Shown piece after piece: positions 43,136 through 53,200 of a stretch of 64,000 bases of DNA (its first letter is position 1; each line of letters opens with the position of its first letter). Under the pieces are notes generated by a model that worked only from the letters and a program-made list of their open reading frames with translations, had not been told where the DNA came from and searched no databases. Position numbers and translations under genes: made by a program. The stretch is from Dehalococcoidia bacterium (GTDB taxonomy: Bacteria; Chloroflexota; Dehalococcoidia; Lucifugimonadales; UBA3495). Location of the stretch: positions 151,644-215,643 of the forward strand of contig DAOULB010000002.1 in assembly GCA_034420695.1 (NCBI GenBank). The letters are read 5' to 3'.

Positions 43136-44782
43136 CTAGGGCTTGTAGAACATTACGGACCGGGCTGGGTCCCGTCCGTGGCTGATGGACGACACGTTGT
43201 ATCGTTGGCCAAGGATATGCTGCAACCGGCGCACGTAGGACTTCTGCGGCGCCAGCTTGATTGAGGACTCTCCTTCCAGCACTCTTTGCGCAGCTTCTTC
43301 CGCCTCCCGAATTGCCTCTTCCATTACGTCACGGAATTCTTCCTCGGACTCTTGGGAAGGCTTGTTGATTCCCTTCCCCTCCTTGGAGATAGTCCGGACG
43401 AAGTCTTGTATCTGGGGCATGGTGTTTTTTCTCAGCACGTAAACCGGGGTCCCGCTGCCCTCGGCGGTCCGCACCAAGTGAGAACCCCGCCGGTAGTGGG
43501 TCTTGGTGGTCAGGACCGCGTCGGCCCGCCGGAGCTCGTTTACCACTTCCACGGGGACGCCGGATTCGGCCACCGCTGCCTCCAGCTTGTCCCTGCCCAC
43601 TCCGAATAGGAACACCCGCACGTCGGGTTGCTGTTGTTGCGGTTCAGAGGCCTGAGGCTGGCGGGAAGGCGGAGGAGCCGGTTGTTCTTCGACATAGCTC
43701 TTGTAGCTGCCGGGCTGGGCTGCCCAGGGAGCGGGTCCGCCGTCGCTGCGGCGCAGTGCCTCCCTCTCCCGGTGAACCTGCCCCTCCTCGTCCAGCCACC
43801 GCACTTCGGGAGCTATTGAGAACCCGCGAAGCCACTGGTCAACCACTTGGGCTACGTTGTCGTGTACCGCCAGCCTTTCCCAGCTTTGAATCTCTACCAC
43901 CACGTCGAAGGTTGGCGGGGCCTTTCTCTCCAAGACCGTCTTCTGGGTGCCCCGGTAGCTCGCTTCTTGGTCTCCCAAGGTGACGGTCTGTACTCCCCCC
44001 ACCAAGTCGGACAAGGTGGGATTCATGATCAAGTTGTCCAGCGTATTGCCGTGGGCGGTTGCTATTAGCTGCACGCCCCTCTCCGCTATGGTGCGGGCAG
44101 CGGTGGCTTCCCTTTCCGTGCCCATTTCGTCTATGACCACGACCTCGGGCATGTGATTCTCTACGGCTTCGATCATCACACCGTGCTGCTTGTCGGGGCT
44201 TGAGACCTGCATGCGCCGGGAACGGCCAATAGCAGGGTGAGGAACGTCTCCGTCACCTGCTATTTCATTGGAGGTGTCCACGATCACCACCCGTTTGCCC
44301 GGTCCTCCGGTGTCAGAAGAAAGAACTCTTGCCATCTCCCTCAGCATGGTGGTCTTACCCACTCCGGGCCGGCCCAGGAGCAGTATGTTCTTCCCTGAGA
44401 AGGCGAGGTCTTCAATAATCTTGATGGTGCCGAACACCGCGCGGCCCACGCGGCAGGTGATTCCTACAACCTGGCCTTTGCGGTTTCTAATGGCCGATAT
44501 CCGGTGCAGAGTGCGTTCGATTCCGGCCCGGTTGTCTCCGCCGAATTCGCCGATGTTTTCCACTACGTAGTCCAAGTCTTCGCGCGTGACTTCCTCCTGA
44601 CTCAAGGGAATATCACCGTCGGTGAAGCGGGCTTCGGGCAGGCGACCCAAGTCCAGGACAATTTCAAGCAATTCCCCGTGGCCCTCGTTCTCACGAAGGG
44701 TATGTATCACCCGCGAGGGCAGCACCTCCAATAGCTCATCCAATTCGCTCCGGACCGATTCCTGGGAGTCAATCAACCCCAT
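43136..44782 (-). CDS. SpoIIIAA/Ycf45-like AAA ATPase with a C-terminal R3H nucleic-acid-binding domain
   Basis: ...LLEIVLDLGRLPEARF...GDNRAGIERTLHRISAIRNR.G.VVG.T.RVGR...LLLGRPGVGKTTMLRE...VVIVDTSNEIAG...IEAVENHMPEVVVIDE.GT..E..AA..IAERGVQLIATAHG... The C-terminus is LAPQKSYVRRLQHILGQRYNVSSISHGRDPARSVMFY (R3H-like). The ATG at 44782 overlaps the upstream gene's stop. Confidence 0.8.
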   Translation of the reverse strand: MGLIDSQESVRSELDELLEVLPSRVIHTLRENEGHGELLEIVLDLGRLPEARFTDGDIPLSQEEVTREDLDYVVENIGEFGGDNRAGIERTLHRISAIRNRKGQVVGITCRVGRAVFGTIKIIEDLAFSGKNILLLGRPGVGKTTMLREMARVLSSDTGGPGKRVVIVDTSNEIAGDGDVPHPAIGRSRRMQVSSPDKQHGVMIEAVENHMPEVVVIDEMGTEREATAARTIAERGVQLIATAHGNTLDNLIMNPTLSDLVGGVQTVTLGDQEASYRGTQKTVLERKAPPTFDVVVEIQSWERLAVHDNVAQVVDQWLRGFSIAPEVRWLDEEGQVHREREALRRSDGGPAPWAAQPGSYKSYVEEQPAPPPSRQPQASEPQQQQPDVRVFLFGVGRDKLEAAVAESGVPVEVVNELRRADAVLTTKTHYRRGSHLVRTAEGSGTPVYVLRKNTMPQIQDFVRTISKEGKGINKPSQESEEEFRDVMEEAIREAEEAAQRVLEGESSIKLAPQKSYVRRLQHILGQRYNVSSISHGRDPARSVMFYKP

Positions 44783-45732
44783 GCCTCCACAGCCGCGGTA
44801 GTGTAACTGTACTTTTGTGCTGTCGCTGTCCTGACCAAGACCGTAATCGGCGGCCCTTCCCGGAATCCTTGGTTTAGCAACCTGAGCCTTACCGATTCTT
44901 GGTGTTCCGGGACCCGCCACAGGCGCAGCCCCGGTTGGTCCGAAGCGATTTCCAAGAGAAGGCCCGCAACCTCAGGGCGGTCGGGATGTACCATCACCTC
45001 GCCCTCGTGCCGCCCATAGCGGCGCCACAAGCCGGTCCAGCCGACGATCCTGTCGCGGTGGCTTACTATCCACTGGCGGCTGGGACCGGGCTGCTGGGCG
45101 TCCAGCCATTGGTCAAGGGTGAACCCCAGGCCTGTCCTGACCGGTTGCGGTGTAGCGGCGCAAAACAACTGGAACAGACCCATAGTGTCTTGGGGCAGTC
45201 GTTCCCGAACACACAGGTCTGGGGCGGTTTGTGGAGCCGGGCGGCGGCCCTGGTTGCCTTCCAAGAGGGTTTCTCTCAGGAACGGGTAGAACCCAATGCG
45301 CCGTAAGGCGCTCACCAATGCGCTGCCAGCGAGGCAGCGCAGGAACACCCGGTGGCCCCCCCTTTCCAAGCACTCCTGCATCAGGCCGTCCAGCAGTTCC
45401 AGCATAGTCTCCCCGGCCGTAGCCTCCTGACCGGAAACAGGGTCTAGACTGTACGGGTCCCAGCCTTCGACATAGAGGCGGTCCACCTCCCAGGCCCCTG
45501 GACCGGACAGTTCCTTGGCCGAAGCCAAGGCGGCCAATGCCGTACCCTGGCGGGACACCCTGGTTATTCGATTCGAACCCTGGGTGACCACCTCAATCCA
45601 GAGCCTGGTGGTGGCGGACCTGGGATTGCCCTGGTCCCGGCAGACCCCTTTCCCCGCGACCAAGTTCTCACTGCCGGGACGGTTCAGAAGAACGCTCATT
45701 ACGGCGTCGCTTATTCGACAGTCTTGGATCAT
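44773..45732 (-). CDS. Hypothetical protein (319 aa), possibly two GNAT-like acetyltransferase folds
   Basis: ...GGHRVFLRCLAGSALVSALRRIGFYPF... and ...LRLWRVPEHQESVRLRLLNQGFRE... resemble GNAT beta4-alpha3 and C-terminal elements. This is a weak by-eye call. The start overlaps the pdxT stop (ATGA). Confidence 0.35.
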   Translation of the reverse strand: MIQDCRISDAVMSVLLNRPGSENLVAGKGVCRDQGNPRSATTRLWIEVVTQGSNRITRVSRQGTALAALASAKELSGPGAWEVDRLYVEGWDPYSLDPVSGQEATAGETMLELLDGLMQECLERGGHRVFLRCLAGSALVSALRRIGFYPFLRETLLEGNQGRRPAPQTAPDLCVRERLPQDTMGLFQLFCAATPQPVRTGLGFTLDQWLDAQQPGPSRQWIVSHRDRIVGWTGLWRRYGRHEGEVMVHPDRPEVAGLLLEIASDQPGLRLWRVPEHQESVRLRLLNQGFREGPPITVLVRTATAQKYSYTTAAVEAWG

Positions 45733-46361
45733 TCGGGAACGGCGGGGCTTTCCTTCGGAGACGGGACTGATGTAGCCGGACTACTGTCCACCAGTTCCAT
45801 GAAGAACCGGTGGAACCTGGGGTCGGAGGTCAATTCGGGATGGAACGACGAAGCCAGCAGGTTGCCATCGCGGACCGCTACTGCCTGGCCGTCGGGAAGA
45901 GAGGCGAGGACCTCCACTGCAGGCCCGGTTCTGATGATGCCGGGGGCGCGTATAAAAATCCCGCGGAAGGGTGAAGGGTCCAAGACGGAGATTTCCAAGT
46001 CCTGCTCGAAGCTGTCCACCTGGCGGCCAAAGGAGTTGCGCCTTACCCCAATGTCCATCAGGCCCAGTGGCACCGGGTCCTCTTCGGTAATCTCCCGGGC
46101 CAGCATTATCATCCCGGCGCAGGTGCCCCAGATGCACTTGCCCGCCTCGGCCATTTGCCGGACGGGTTCCCGCAGATGGTAGATGGACATCAAGCGGCTC
46201 AGCGTGGTGCTTTCTCCACCGGGGATTATCAACCCCCTCAAGCCTTGCAACTGGTGGGGCAACCGCACCTCTTGGCTCTCCACTCCCAGCTTGCGAAGCA
46301 CCGCCTTATGTTCTGCGAAGTCCCCTTGTACCGCTAATACACCGACTCTTGGTTCGGTCAG
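45729..46361 (-). CDS. pdxT: PLP synthase glutaminase subunit PdxT; the conserved N-terminus extends beyond the ORF-track GTG and probably starts at a non-canonical CTG
   Basis: It contains ...GLIIPGGESTT...GTCAGMI...RN.FGRQ.DSF...IRAP...FHPELT. The 20 codons upstream of the ORF-track start (46301) read (L)TEPRVGVLAVQGDFAEHKA. This is the conserved first beta-strand of PdxT, and it contains no ATG, GTG or TTG back to the in-frame TGA. The CTG at 46361 lies 9 nt after AGGAG. Confidence 0.8.
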   Translation of the reverse strand: MTEPRVGVLAVQGDFAEHKAVLRKLGVESQEVRLPHQLQGLRGLIIPGGESTTLSRLMSIYHLREPVRQMAEAGKCIWGTCAGMIMLAREITEEDPVPLGLMDIGVRRNSFGRQVDSFEQDLEISVLDPSPFRGIFIRAPGIIRTGPAVEVLASLPDGQAVAVRDGNLLASSFHPELTSDPRFHRFFMELVDSSPATSVPSPKESPAVPE

Positions 46362-46425
46362 TTGTATCCGCTCCTGTCAGGAGTTTATGAATATGGCTGG
46401 AATCGACGGCTCTTGGGCCGGTGGC

Positions 46426-47316
46426 CTACTTGCTCCTGGGCGCCAGTAGCTGTTCGGCCGGAATGGACTTGGCGCTAATACCCACCATCGGCTCTCCCAA
46501 GTCCTTGGAAACATCGGCCAGAATCTTGGGGTCCCTGTAGTGCGTGACCGCTTGGACTATGGAATGGCCCCGCTGTGCCGGGTCTCCGGACTTGAAGATA
46601 CCCGACCCGACAAAAACGCCGTCGGCCCCAAGTTGCATCATCAGGGCCGCATCAGCCGGAGTTGCCACTCCGCCGGCGGCGAAATTGACCACCGGCAGGC
46701 GGCCCATCTCCTTGGTCTTCAGCAAAAGTTCCAAGCTGACTCCCAAGTCCCGCGCCTCGACCACCAGTTCGTCTTCGGGCATATTCTGCAGCTTGCGAAT
46801 GGAGTCCTGTACCGACCGCATGTGCCGTACCGCTTCCACCACGTCGCCGGTGCCCGCTTCGCCCTTGGTGCGGATCATCGTTGCTCCCTCGGAGATGCGC
46901 CGCAGGGCTTCACCCAAGTCGCGGCAACCGCAAACAAAAGGAACGGTGAAGTCGTGCTTCCAGACATGGTGTAATTCGTCGGCAGGAGTCAGCACCTCCG
47001 ACTCGTCGATGTAGTCGACCCCGATGGCTTCCAGAATCTGGGCTTCCACGAAGTGGCCGATGCGCACCTTGGCCATCACCGGGATGCTGACCGCATCCAT
47101 GATCGAACAGATAATGCCGGGGTCGGTCATACGGGCTACGCCGCCGTCGGCGCGTATGTCCGCCGGCACCCGCTCCAAGGCCATCACCGCCACAGCTCCC
47201 GCCTCTTCCGCTATCCTGGCCTGGTCGGGAGTGACCACATCCATGATTACTCCACCCTTCAGCATTTGGGCGTGGCCTTCTTTGACTGTGGAAGTGCCGG
47301 TCAGGACGTCCACCAT
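46426..47316 (-). CDS. pdxS: PLP synthase subunit PdxS
   Basis: ...[48 protein letters not shown]...[28 protein letters not shown]...[15 protein letters not shown]... The ATG at 47316 lies 9 nt after GGAGG. Confidence 0.96.
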   Translation of the reverse strand: MVDVLTGTSTVKEGHAQMLKGGVIMDVVTPDQARIAEEAGAVAVMALERVPADIRADGGVARMTDPGIICSIMDAVSIPVMAKVRIGHFVEAQILEAIGVDYIDESEVLTPADELHHVWKHDFTVPFVCGCRDLGEALRRISEGATMIRTKGEAGTGDVVEAVRHMRSVQDSIRKLQNMPEDELVVEARDLGVSLELLLKTKEMGRLPVVNFAAGGVATPADAALMMQLGADGVFVGSGIFKSGDPAQRGHSIVQAVTHYRDPKILADVSKDLGEPMVGISAKSIPAEQLLAPRSK

Positions 47317-47478
47317 GGCTGAAATCCTCCATGCGGAATGGGTTGCTCTCGTCACCCATTATACGACGCTGCCCAGTTGGTTATCAATTGACTGCTCCGG
47401 GCCAAGCTTGGCAGGGACTTTCAAGACGGCAAAAGAAAAAGACCCGGTCTCAAACCGGGTCTCTTCGGGATGTTCACT

Positions 47479-47553
<75 letters not shown>

Positions 47554-47582
47554 CCGTGTGTTTGTTCGGCCCTGCGGGGCGG

Positions 47583-47658
47583 TGGTGCCGAGGGACAGAA
47601 TCGAACTGTCGACACCGGCATTTTCAGTGCCGTGCTCTACCAACTGAGCTACCTCGGC
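47583..47658 (-). tRNA. tRNA-Phe (anticodon GAA), CCA encoded
   Basis: The reverse complement is GCCGAGGTAGCTCAGTTGGTAGAGCACGGCACTGAAAATGCCGGTGTCGACAGTTCGATTCTGTCCCTCGGCACCA. The anticodon loop is CTGAAAA and the T-arm is AGTTCGATTCT. Confidence 0.93.
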
Positions 47659-47712
47659 AGGGGATTTAATCTTACGGCTGGCCCCGGAACGCTGTCAAGA
47701 CGAGGGCCGCGG

Positions 47713-49989
47713 TTAGGCAACCCCCGCCTTGAAGGCCTGCCGGTTGCGAAACAGGGCCGGTTCGACGTAGGCGCTGGGGGATGATAGGGCCTCCTCGATA
47801 ATCTGCAGCACCGCCTGCACCGCCGGGTCCTTCATCAAGTTGTCCCGCTTTTCCTGGCTGTCGGTCATGGCCCAATGGTCTGGGTTGTCTGCGTTCTGAC
47901 GGTCCACTATGGCGGCGGCTTCCCGGATGGCCGACTCTATCTCTTCTTGCGTAACCACCCCGTGCAGCTTCCAGTTGGCGATTAGGGCGCTGTCTATTCG
48001 CTCGGTGGCCCGGTCCTTCATCTCTTCAATCTGGTCGAAGTTGAGCACCCCGGTGCAGCCGATTCCCCGGTGCACCCAAGGGGCCACGTAGGCCATCATG
48101 CTGTGGACGTAACGCAGCAGGTAGCCTTGTCGGGCGCCGGATTCTTCCAACTTGGCCCCTTCCAGCAGCGGGAATGTAAGCAACCCTTGCCGGGTGATGT
48201 CTTTGGGCGGCGAGTCTTCCATGGTGCGTTGTACTTGATCGACGTCGATGATGTGGTAGTGCATTGAATGTATATCGCTGGGATAGGGAGCGGGCACCCA
48301 GGCAGTGTTGCCCCCGCTGCGGGGATGGTCTATCTTCCGCTCCAGCATCTCCGCCATCGCCCGGTTCCTCACCTGCATCCCTTTGCCAATCTTGCCGCTC
48401 TTGTGCACCCCGGCTTGGATACCCACGTCCACGTTGTGCAGCTCGTAGCTGGTGTTGAAGGTCTTTTGGGTGAGATCGTCCCGCAGGTCCACGGGGCCTG
48501 CCTGCATCTGCACCCGTATCTGTGAGCCGGTGCGGTCAAGGAAGCCGGTGTTGGTGAAAAAGGTGCGGCTCTGGGATGCCCTGAGTGACTCCGTCAATTG
48601 CAGGGTCATGCCCAGTTCTTCGTTCATGATGCCGATCAATATCGTCCCGGCAGCCAGGCCCAAGGCCGACTCCACGGCTTCAAAGAAGCGCACCTGCTCT
48701 GCCACCTCTTCTGAGGTCTGCAGCTTGGGCGTCACTTGATAGACGTAGCCCAGTTTGCTGTTTGGTCCCCTCCGGGGCATTGCGCCTTCGCCATTCCCCG
48801 GTGAACGCTCCTCGCCGTCGGAGCCCCTGTCGTGAAAGGAGGCAATGAGGGTAGTCAGGAACACCCCCAGAGTTCTTTCAGGGATGTCCCGCCCGTCCAG
48901 CCGTACCATGCCGGTGTACATATGCAGGGACACGTTCCGCACCGACATAAGGCTGGTGCCCTTCAGGGTGATTGAATTCTCCGCCGGGTCAAGGCAGGTC
49001 TTGTCGGAATTGAGGGTCTTGATATTGCCCCGCGAGCCATGTGCCTGGAGGTCTCCCTTCATCAACCCCAAGTAATTTCTCAGCCCCACAACCATGTCCT
49101 CGGCATCTACGATGGCCACAGCGTCCTCAAAGTCCACGATATTGGTGATGGCAGACTCGACGATCAGGTCCTTGAACTGCCCGTTGCCCGGGTCAACCCG
49201 GCCCCCTTCGTACAACTGGAACTGGATTCTCAACCCGTTGTTCTGGAGTAGAAACTCGGTCAACTCCCCATCTTGGCTGCGGTTGAAGCCGGCGAACTTA
49301 TCCGATTCCAGCAGGCCGAAAGCCGCTCCGGATGCGTTTACCCCCTTCAGTTCGTAGTTTCCCTGGTTGTTCTGCTCCACTCTGTAGCCGGTAAAATCTT
49401 CGAATGTTGCGCCGCCCTCCCACCGGGCAACGTGCTGTTCCAGGAAGGCATTGGTTTCCTCAACCACCATTCTGAGCCGGGCGGGCCGCTGCGCCTCCCG
49501 GTCTATTTCCGGGTGTATGTCGCTCAGGAAGTAGGCGTCGTACAAACTACCCCAGCGGGCGTTGGCCCCCCCAACCGCCATGCTGGCATTGGTGACGGGG
49601 GTCACTAGCTCGGGGCCGTTCTGGTCCATTTCGGCGTCGAGCTTGGGCGTGGTCATGGTAAAGCCCCCGTCCTGCCGGGGTAGCAGGTAGCCAATTTCAA
49701 CTAGGAATCTCTCCAAGTCCAGTGCATCTTGCGGTGCCGAATCTCCGGATGGCCGCCAACCGGCGGCCCGTTTGCTGACGAAGTATTCGTCTATCCGCGC
49801 TTGGACCTGGGTGCGCCGCTCCAGAAGCTCCCGGTTGCGGGGTTCGAACTCTTCCACCAGCCGGCCCAGCGTCTTGAACACTTGCTCGGGACTCCAATCC
49901 GAACCGGGCAGTACCTCGTCTCTGACGAATTCGAATAGAACGTCGGCAACCTGGAGAGTTGCGCCGGACTCAAGGGTAATTGCAGCCAT
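47713..49989 (-). CDS. glcB: Malate synthase G
   Basis: The 758-aa ORF has an N-terminus (...VADVLFEFVRDEVLPGS...LLERRTQVQARIDEY...) and overall length typical of the G-type malate synthase. It contains the conserved ...NTGFLDRTG... and ...GNTAWVPAP... regions. Confidence 0.85.
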   Translation of the reverse strand: MAAITLESGATLQVADVLFEFVRDEVLPGSDWSPEQVFKTLGRLVEEFEPRNRELLERRTQVQARIDEYFVSKRAAGWRPSGDSAPQDALDLERFLVEIGYLLPRQDGGFTMTTPKLDAEMDQNGPELVTPVTNASMAVGGANARWGSLYDAYFLSDIHPEIDREAQRPARLRMVVEETNAFLEQHVARWEGGATFEDFTGYRVEQNNQGNYELKGVNASGAAFGLLESDKFAGFNRSQDGELTEFLLQNNGLRIQFQLYEGGRVDPGNGQFKDLIVESAITNIVDFEDAVAIVDAEDMVVGLRNYLGLMKGDLQAHGSRGNIKTLNSDKTCLDPAENSITLKGTSLMSVRNVSLHMYTGMVRLDGRDIPERTLGVFLTTLIASFHDRGSDGEERSPGNGEGAMPRRGPNSKLGYVYQVTPKLQTSEEVAEQVRFFEAVESALGLAAGTILIGIMNEELGMTLQLTESLRASQSRTFFTNTGFLDRTGSQIRVQMQAGPVDLRDDLTQKTFNTSYELHNVDVGIQAGVHKSGKIGKGMQVRNRAMAEMLERKIDHPRSGGNTAWVPAPYPSDIHSMHYHIIDVDQVQRTMEDSPPKDITRQGLLTFPLLEGAKLEESGARQGYLLRYVHSMMAYVAPWVHRGIGCTGVLNFDQIEEMKDRATERIDSALIANWKLHGVVTQEEIESAIREAAAIVDRQNADNPDHWAMTDSQEKRDNLMKDPAVQAVLQIIEEALSSPSAYVEPALFRNRQAFKAGVA

Positions 49990-50211
49990 TCCATCGCTCC
50001 CATGAGGCTCAAGACGGGTGTCCTGCCAGCCCGAATGTCAACGGGCCAAACCATAACATAGGACAGGTCGAGTGGGTAGCTCCCGCTGTACCCTGCCGCC
50101 GTCACGGGCTATAATCCCTTGGTGCGTTCCCAGACAGGCCCGGGGCGCCGGCCCGGGTAGTGGAGATAGCCCCCCGTGTAACGGGCGGCGCCGTCCGAAG
50201 GGAGAAGAGAG

Positions 50212-50661
50212 ATGCCAGACCGTAAGTTCACTTCATGGGTACACGGGTCCAGCATGCAGATCGAATACGCAGCCCGGATAACCTCGGTGCGCCACTGCGG
50301 GCCTTTCGTCCGCATTGAAGGCGCCAGAGGACAAAACACCTGGGTGCATTTCCCCATCCCTACTCCCGCCGTGGTCGATGGGGCTAGGATGCAGGTTGAT
50401 TCGGCAATGGTGTCGTTCCGCACCCGTGCCAATGCAGTTGTCCACGAGGTGATCGTTTACGACGGAGAAAAGCGGATTGCCGAGCACATGGACCTGAATA
50501 TGCGGGAAGACCACCTTGACGCCCGGTTCGATGTCCCCGGCTCGCCGGAGGTGAACCAGGGGATCAACATCACAGTGGGGGTCACCTTCGACAGCAGCGC
50601 TCCCGACGTTCGGTCCATGCAGGTGGAGATAGTCGGGGCTGGAATCGAGTTCAGCGGTTAA
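50212..50661 (+). CDS. Hypothetical protein (149 aa)
   Basis: It is a clean ORF with GAGAAGAGAG upstream of the ATG. No recognisable motif. Confidence 0.55.
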   Translation: MPDRKFTSWVHGSSMQIEYAARITSVRHCGPFVRIEGARGQNTWVHFPIPTPAVVDGARMQVDSAMVSFRTRANAVVHEVIVYDGEKRIAEHMDLNMREDHLDARFDVPGSPEVNQGINITVGVTFDSSAPDVRSMQVEIVGAGIEFSG

Positions 50662-50720
50662 ATACCGGCCAGTCTGGAGCGGCGGGGCTGGGCCCTGTCA
50701 ACAAGCAGAGGAGACGGCAG

Positions 50721-52232
50721 ATGACTAGCAACCCAGGGGCATCGGGCGGTGTTCCCGTGTACGAGAATTACATCGGCGGTCAATGGGTTCCTACCGGGAC
50801 CGGCCGCACCTACCCGGTCAATAACCCCGCTAGGAAATCCGAAGTGCTCGGTGAGTTCCAGACCTCCAATGTGGATGATGCCCTGGCAGCGGTTGAGGCT
50901 GCCCGTAGCGCCCTGCCCGCCTGGGGCGGCATGCCGGCCCCGGTGCGTGCCGGTTTCCTTTTCCGCGCCTTGGAGATAATGCGTGAACGGGCAGACGACA
51001 TAGCCCAAACCATCACCATGGAAGAGGGCAAACCCATCGCCGACGCCCAAGGCGAAGTCAAGAGGGCTATGAACATCATCGAATATGCCGCCGGGGAAGG
51101 CCGGCGCATGTTCGGCTACACCACGCCCTCGGAGTTGCCCAACACGGTTGCTTATACGGTGCGCCGGCCCCTGGGGGTAGTGGCCATCATTACCCCTTGG
51201 AACTTCCCCATCGCCATTCCGGCTTGGAAGATCGCCCCGGCGCTGATTTGCGGCAACACCCTGGTGTTCAAGCCGGCATCCGGCACTCCCCTCAGCGCGG
51301 TCAAGCTGGTGCAGGTGTTCGAGGACGCCGGTCTGCCTCCCGGGGTATTAAACCTGATTACCGGACCTGGCGGCTCGGTCGGCAACGCCTTGGTGGAGAG
51401 TCCCGACGTTAAGGCCATCTCCTTCACCGGTTCCACCGGCATCGGCACCGATATCTACGCCGAAGGCGCCCGCCGCTTGAAGAAGGTGCAGTGTGAAATG
51501 GGCGGCAAGAACGCCGTAATTCTGCTGGCCGACGCCGACATGGACAAAGCCATGGGCGGAATAGTCCAAGGGGCCTTTGGTTCCACGGGACAACGATGTA
51601 CTGCCACCAGCAGGGTAATTGTGGAGGACTCGGCCTACGACCAGTTCCTGGAGGAATTGATCGACCGGGCCAGCAAGCTGAAGATTGGAGACGGGCTGGA
51701 CCCCAGCGTGGACTTGGCCCCGCTATCCAGCCAGTCCCAGATGGACACGGTCCTGGAATACATCGGCATTGGCACGGAAGAAGGGGCGAGGCTGGCCTAT
51801 GGCGGCCGGGCAGTGACCGGGGGAGATTACGACCAAGGCTATTACGTGGAACCCACTATATTCACCGATGTGAAGCCAGGCATGCGCATTGCTCAAGAGG
51901 AGATTTTCGGTCCGGTCCTGACCGTGTTCCGGGCTTCGGGGTTGGAAGAGGCCATCGAGATTTCCAACAGCGTAGAATTCGGCCTTTCGTCGTCGGTTTA
52001 CACTAAGGACCTTACCCAAGCCTTCCAGTACATCGACACCGTGGAATCCGGCATGGTCCACGTCAATGCTCCAACCCTGGGGGGCGAGGTGCACCTGCCC
52101 TTTGGCGGCCTGAAGTCTTCAGGTGTCGGCCAGCGGGAGCAGGGGGTGGAAGCCGTGGACTTCTTCAGTGAGGTTATCACGGTCTACATCGACCACGCCC
52201 AAGACACCCGGCAGCAAGCCCGGTTCATCTAG
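50721..52232 (+). CDS. NAD(P)+-dependent aldehyde dehydrogenase family protein
   Basis: [24 protein letters not shown], the catalytic-Glu context CEMGGKN, the catalytic Cys in GQRCTA, and EEIFGPV. Confidence 0.92.
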   Translation: MTSNPGASGGVPVYENYIGGQWVPTGTGRTYPVNNPARKSEVLGEFQTSNVDDALAAVEAARSALPAWGGMPAPVRAGFLFRALEIMRERADDIAQTITMEEGKPIADAQGEVKRAMNIIEYAAGEGRRMFGYTTPSELPNTVAYTVRRPLGVVAIITPWNFPIAIPAWKIAPALICGNTLVFKPASGTPLSAVKLVQVFEDAGLPPGVLNLITGPGGSVGNALVESPDVKAISFTGSTGIGTDIYAEGARRLKKVQCEMGGKNAVILLADADMDKAMGGIVQGAFGSTGQRCTATSRVIVEDSAYDQFLEELIDRASKLKIGDGLDPSVDLAPLSSQSQMDTVLEYIGIGTEEGARLAYGGRAVTGGDYDQGYYVEPTIFTDVKPGMRIAQEEIFGPVLTVFRASGLEEAIEISNSVEFGLSSSVYTKDLTQAFQYIDTVESGMVHVNAPTLGGEVHLPFGGLKSSGVGQREQGVEAVDFFSEVITVYIDHAQDTRQQARFI

Positions 52233-52243
52233 TAAGGGCCTGC

Positions 52244-53143
52244 GTGACCTTCGGGACCTCCCCAAGACCTGACGTTTTGACCGGAAACAAGAACAACTTT
52301 CAGGCCCAGGACATGGCCCTGCTAATCGACCGCAAGGGTCGTCGATATCTCCAGACGCTGGAAGACGAGCAGGTGTTCCATTCCCACTTGGGCCGGCTGT
52401 ACCACGACCAGTTGATAGGCAATCCGGTGGGTGACTGGCACCGTACCGACAAGGGCCACGTGCTTCTGGCGGTCCGGCCCACCATGGGAGACTACGTCCT
52501 GGAGATGCCCAGGGGCCCCCAGGTCATTTACCCCAAGGACCTCGGCAACATCATCACATTCGCCGATGTATTCCCTGGGGCTACCGTGGTGGAAGGAGGT
52601 CTCGGTTCCGGAGCGTTGACCTCGGCGTTGCTCCGGGCGGTGGGGACCTCCGGCCGGGTCATCACCTATGAGATAGACGAGAAGGTGATTCCCAGGGCCC
52701 GCCGCAATATCGAAAAGCTGGCGCCGGAGACGTCCAACTTCTCCGTGAAAGTAGGCGACATTTACCAGGGCATCTCGGAGCGGGACGTTGACCGGGTAGT
52801 GCTGGACGTTCCTGAGCCTTGGCAGGCCGTGAGCGCTGTCGGGGACGCCCTGGTGATGGGCGGCATTGTTTTAAGCTTCCTGCCCACCATCCTGCAGGTC
52901 AACCAGTTGGTGGAAGAGTTGAAAGGAGACGGGCGTTTTCAGCTCATCGAGTCCTTGGAGACCCTGCTGCGCCCCTGGCATCTCAAGGAGCGGAGCGTCC
53001 GTCCGGTGCACCGTATGGTGGCCCACAGCGGCTTCCTCACCACGGCGGTCCGTTGCCTGCCACGGAACGGTGGGCCAGCCAGGGAATCCCGGGAGGAGGC
53101 GGATGGCGGGGGGCCGGTCGAAGGTGAGGCGCCCTCGGAGTAG
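52244..53143 (+). CDS. trmI: tRNA (adenine-N1)-methyltransferase TrmI/GCD14-like
   Basis: ...RGPQVIYPKDLGNII...PGATVVEGGLGSGALT.AL...G..G.V..YE........AR.N.........V..GD......E..VDRVVLD.PEPW... The start is uncertain (GTG at 52244 or ATG at 52313). Confidence 0.8.
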   Translation: MTFGTSPRPDVLTGNKNNFQAQDMALLIDRKGRRYLQTLEDEQVFHSHLGRLYHDQLIGNPVGDWHRTDKGHVLLAVRPTMGDYVLEMPRGPQVIYPKDLGNIITFADVFPGATVVEGGLGSGALTSALLRAVGTSGRVITYEIDEKVIPRARRNIEKLAPETSNFSVKVGDIYQGISERDVDRVVLDVPEPWQAVSAVGDALVMGGIVLSFLPTILQVNQLVEELKGDGRFQLIESLETLLRPWHLKERSVRPVHRMVAHSGFLTTAVRCLPRNGGPARESREEADGGGPVEGEAPSE

Positions 53144-53200
53144 TACACTTTAATCGGACTACTGGGAGGAAGGCTGAACTCTTGGAAACCGTCTATTGGA

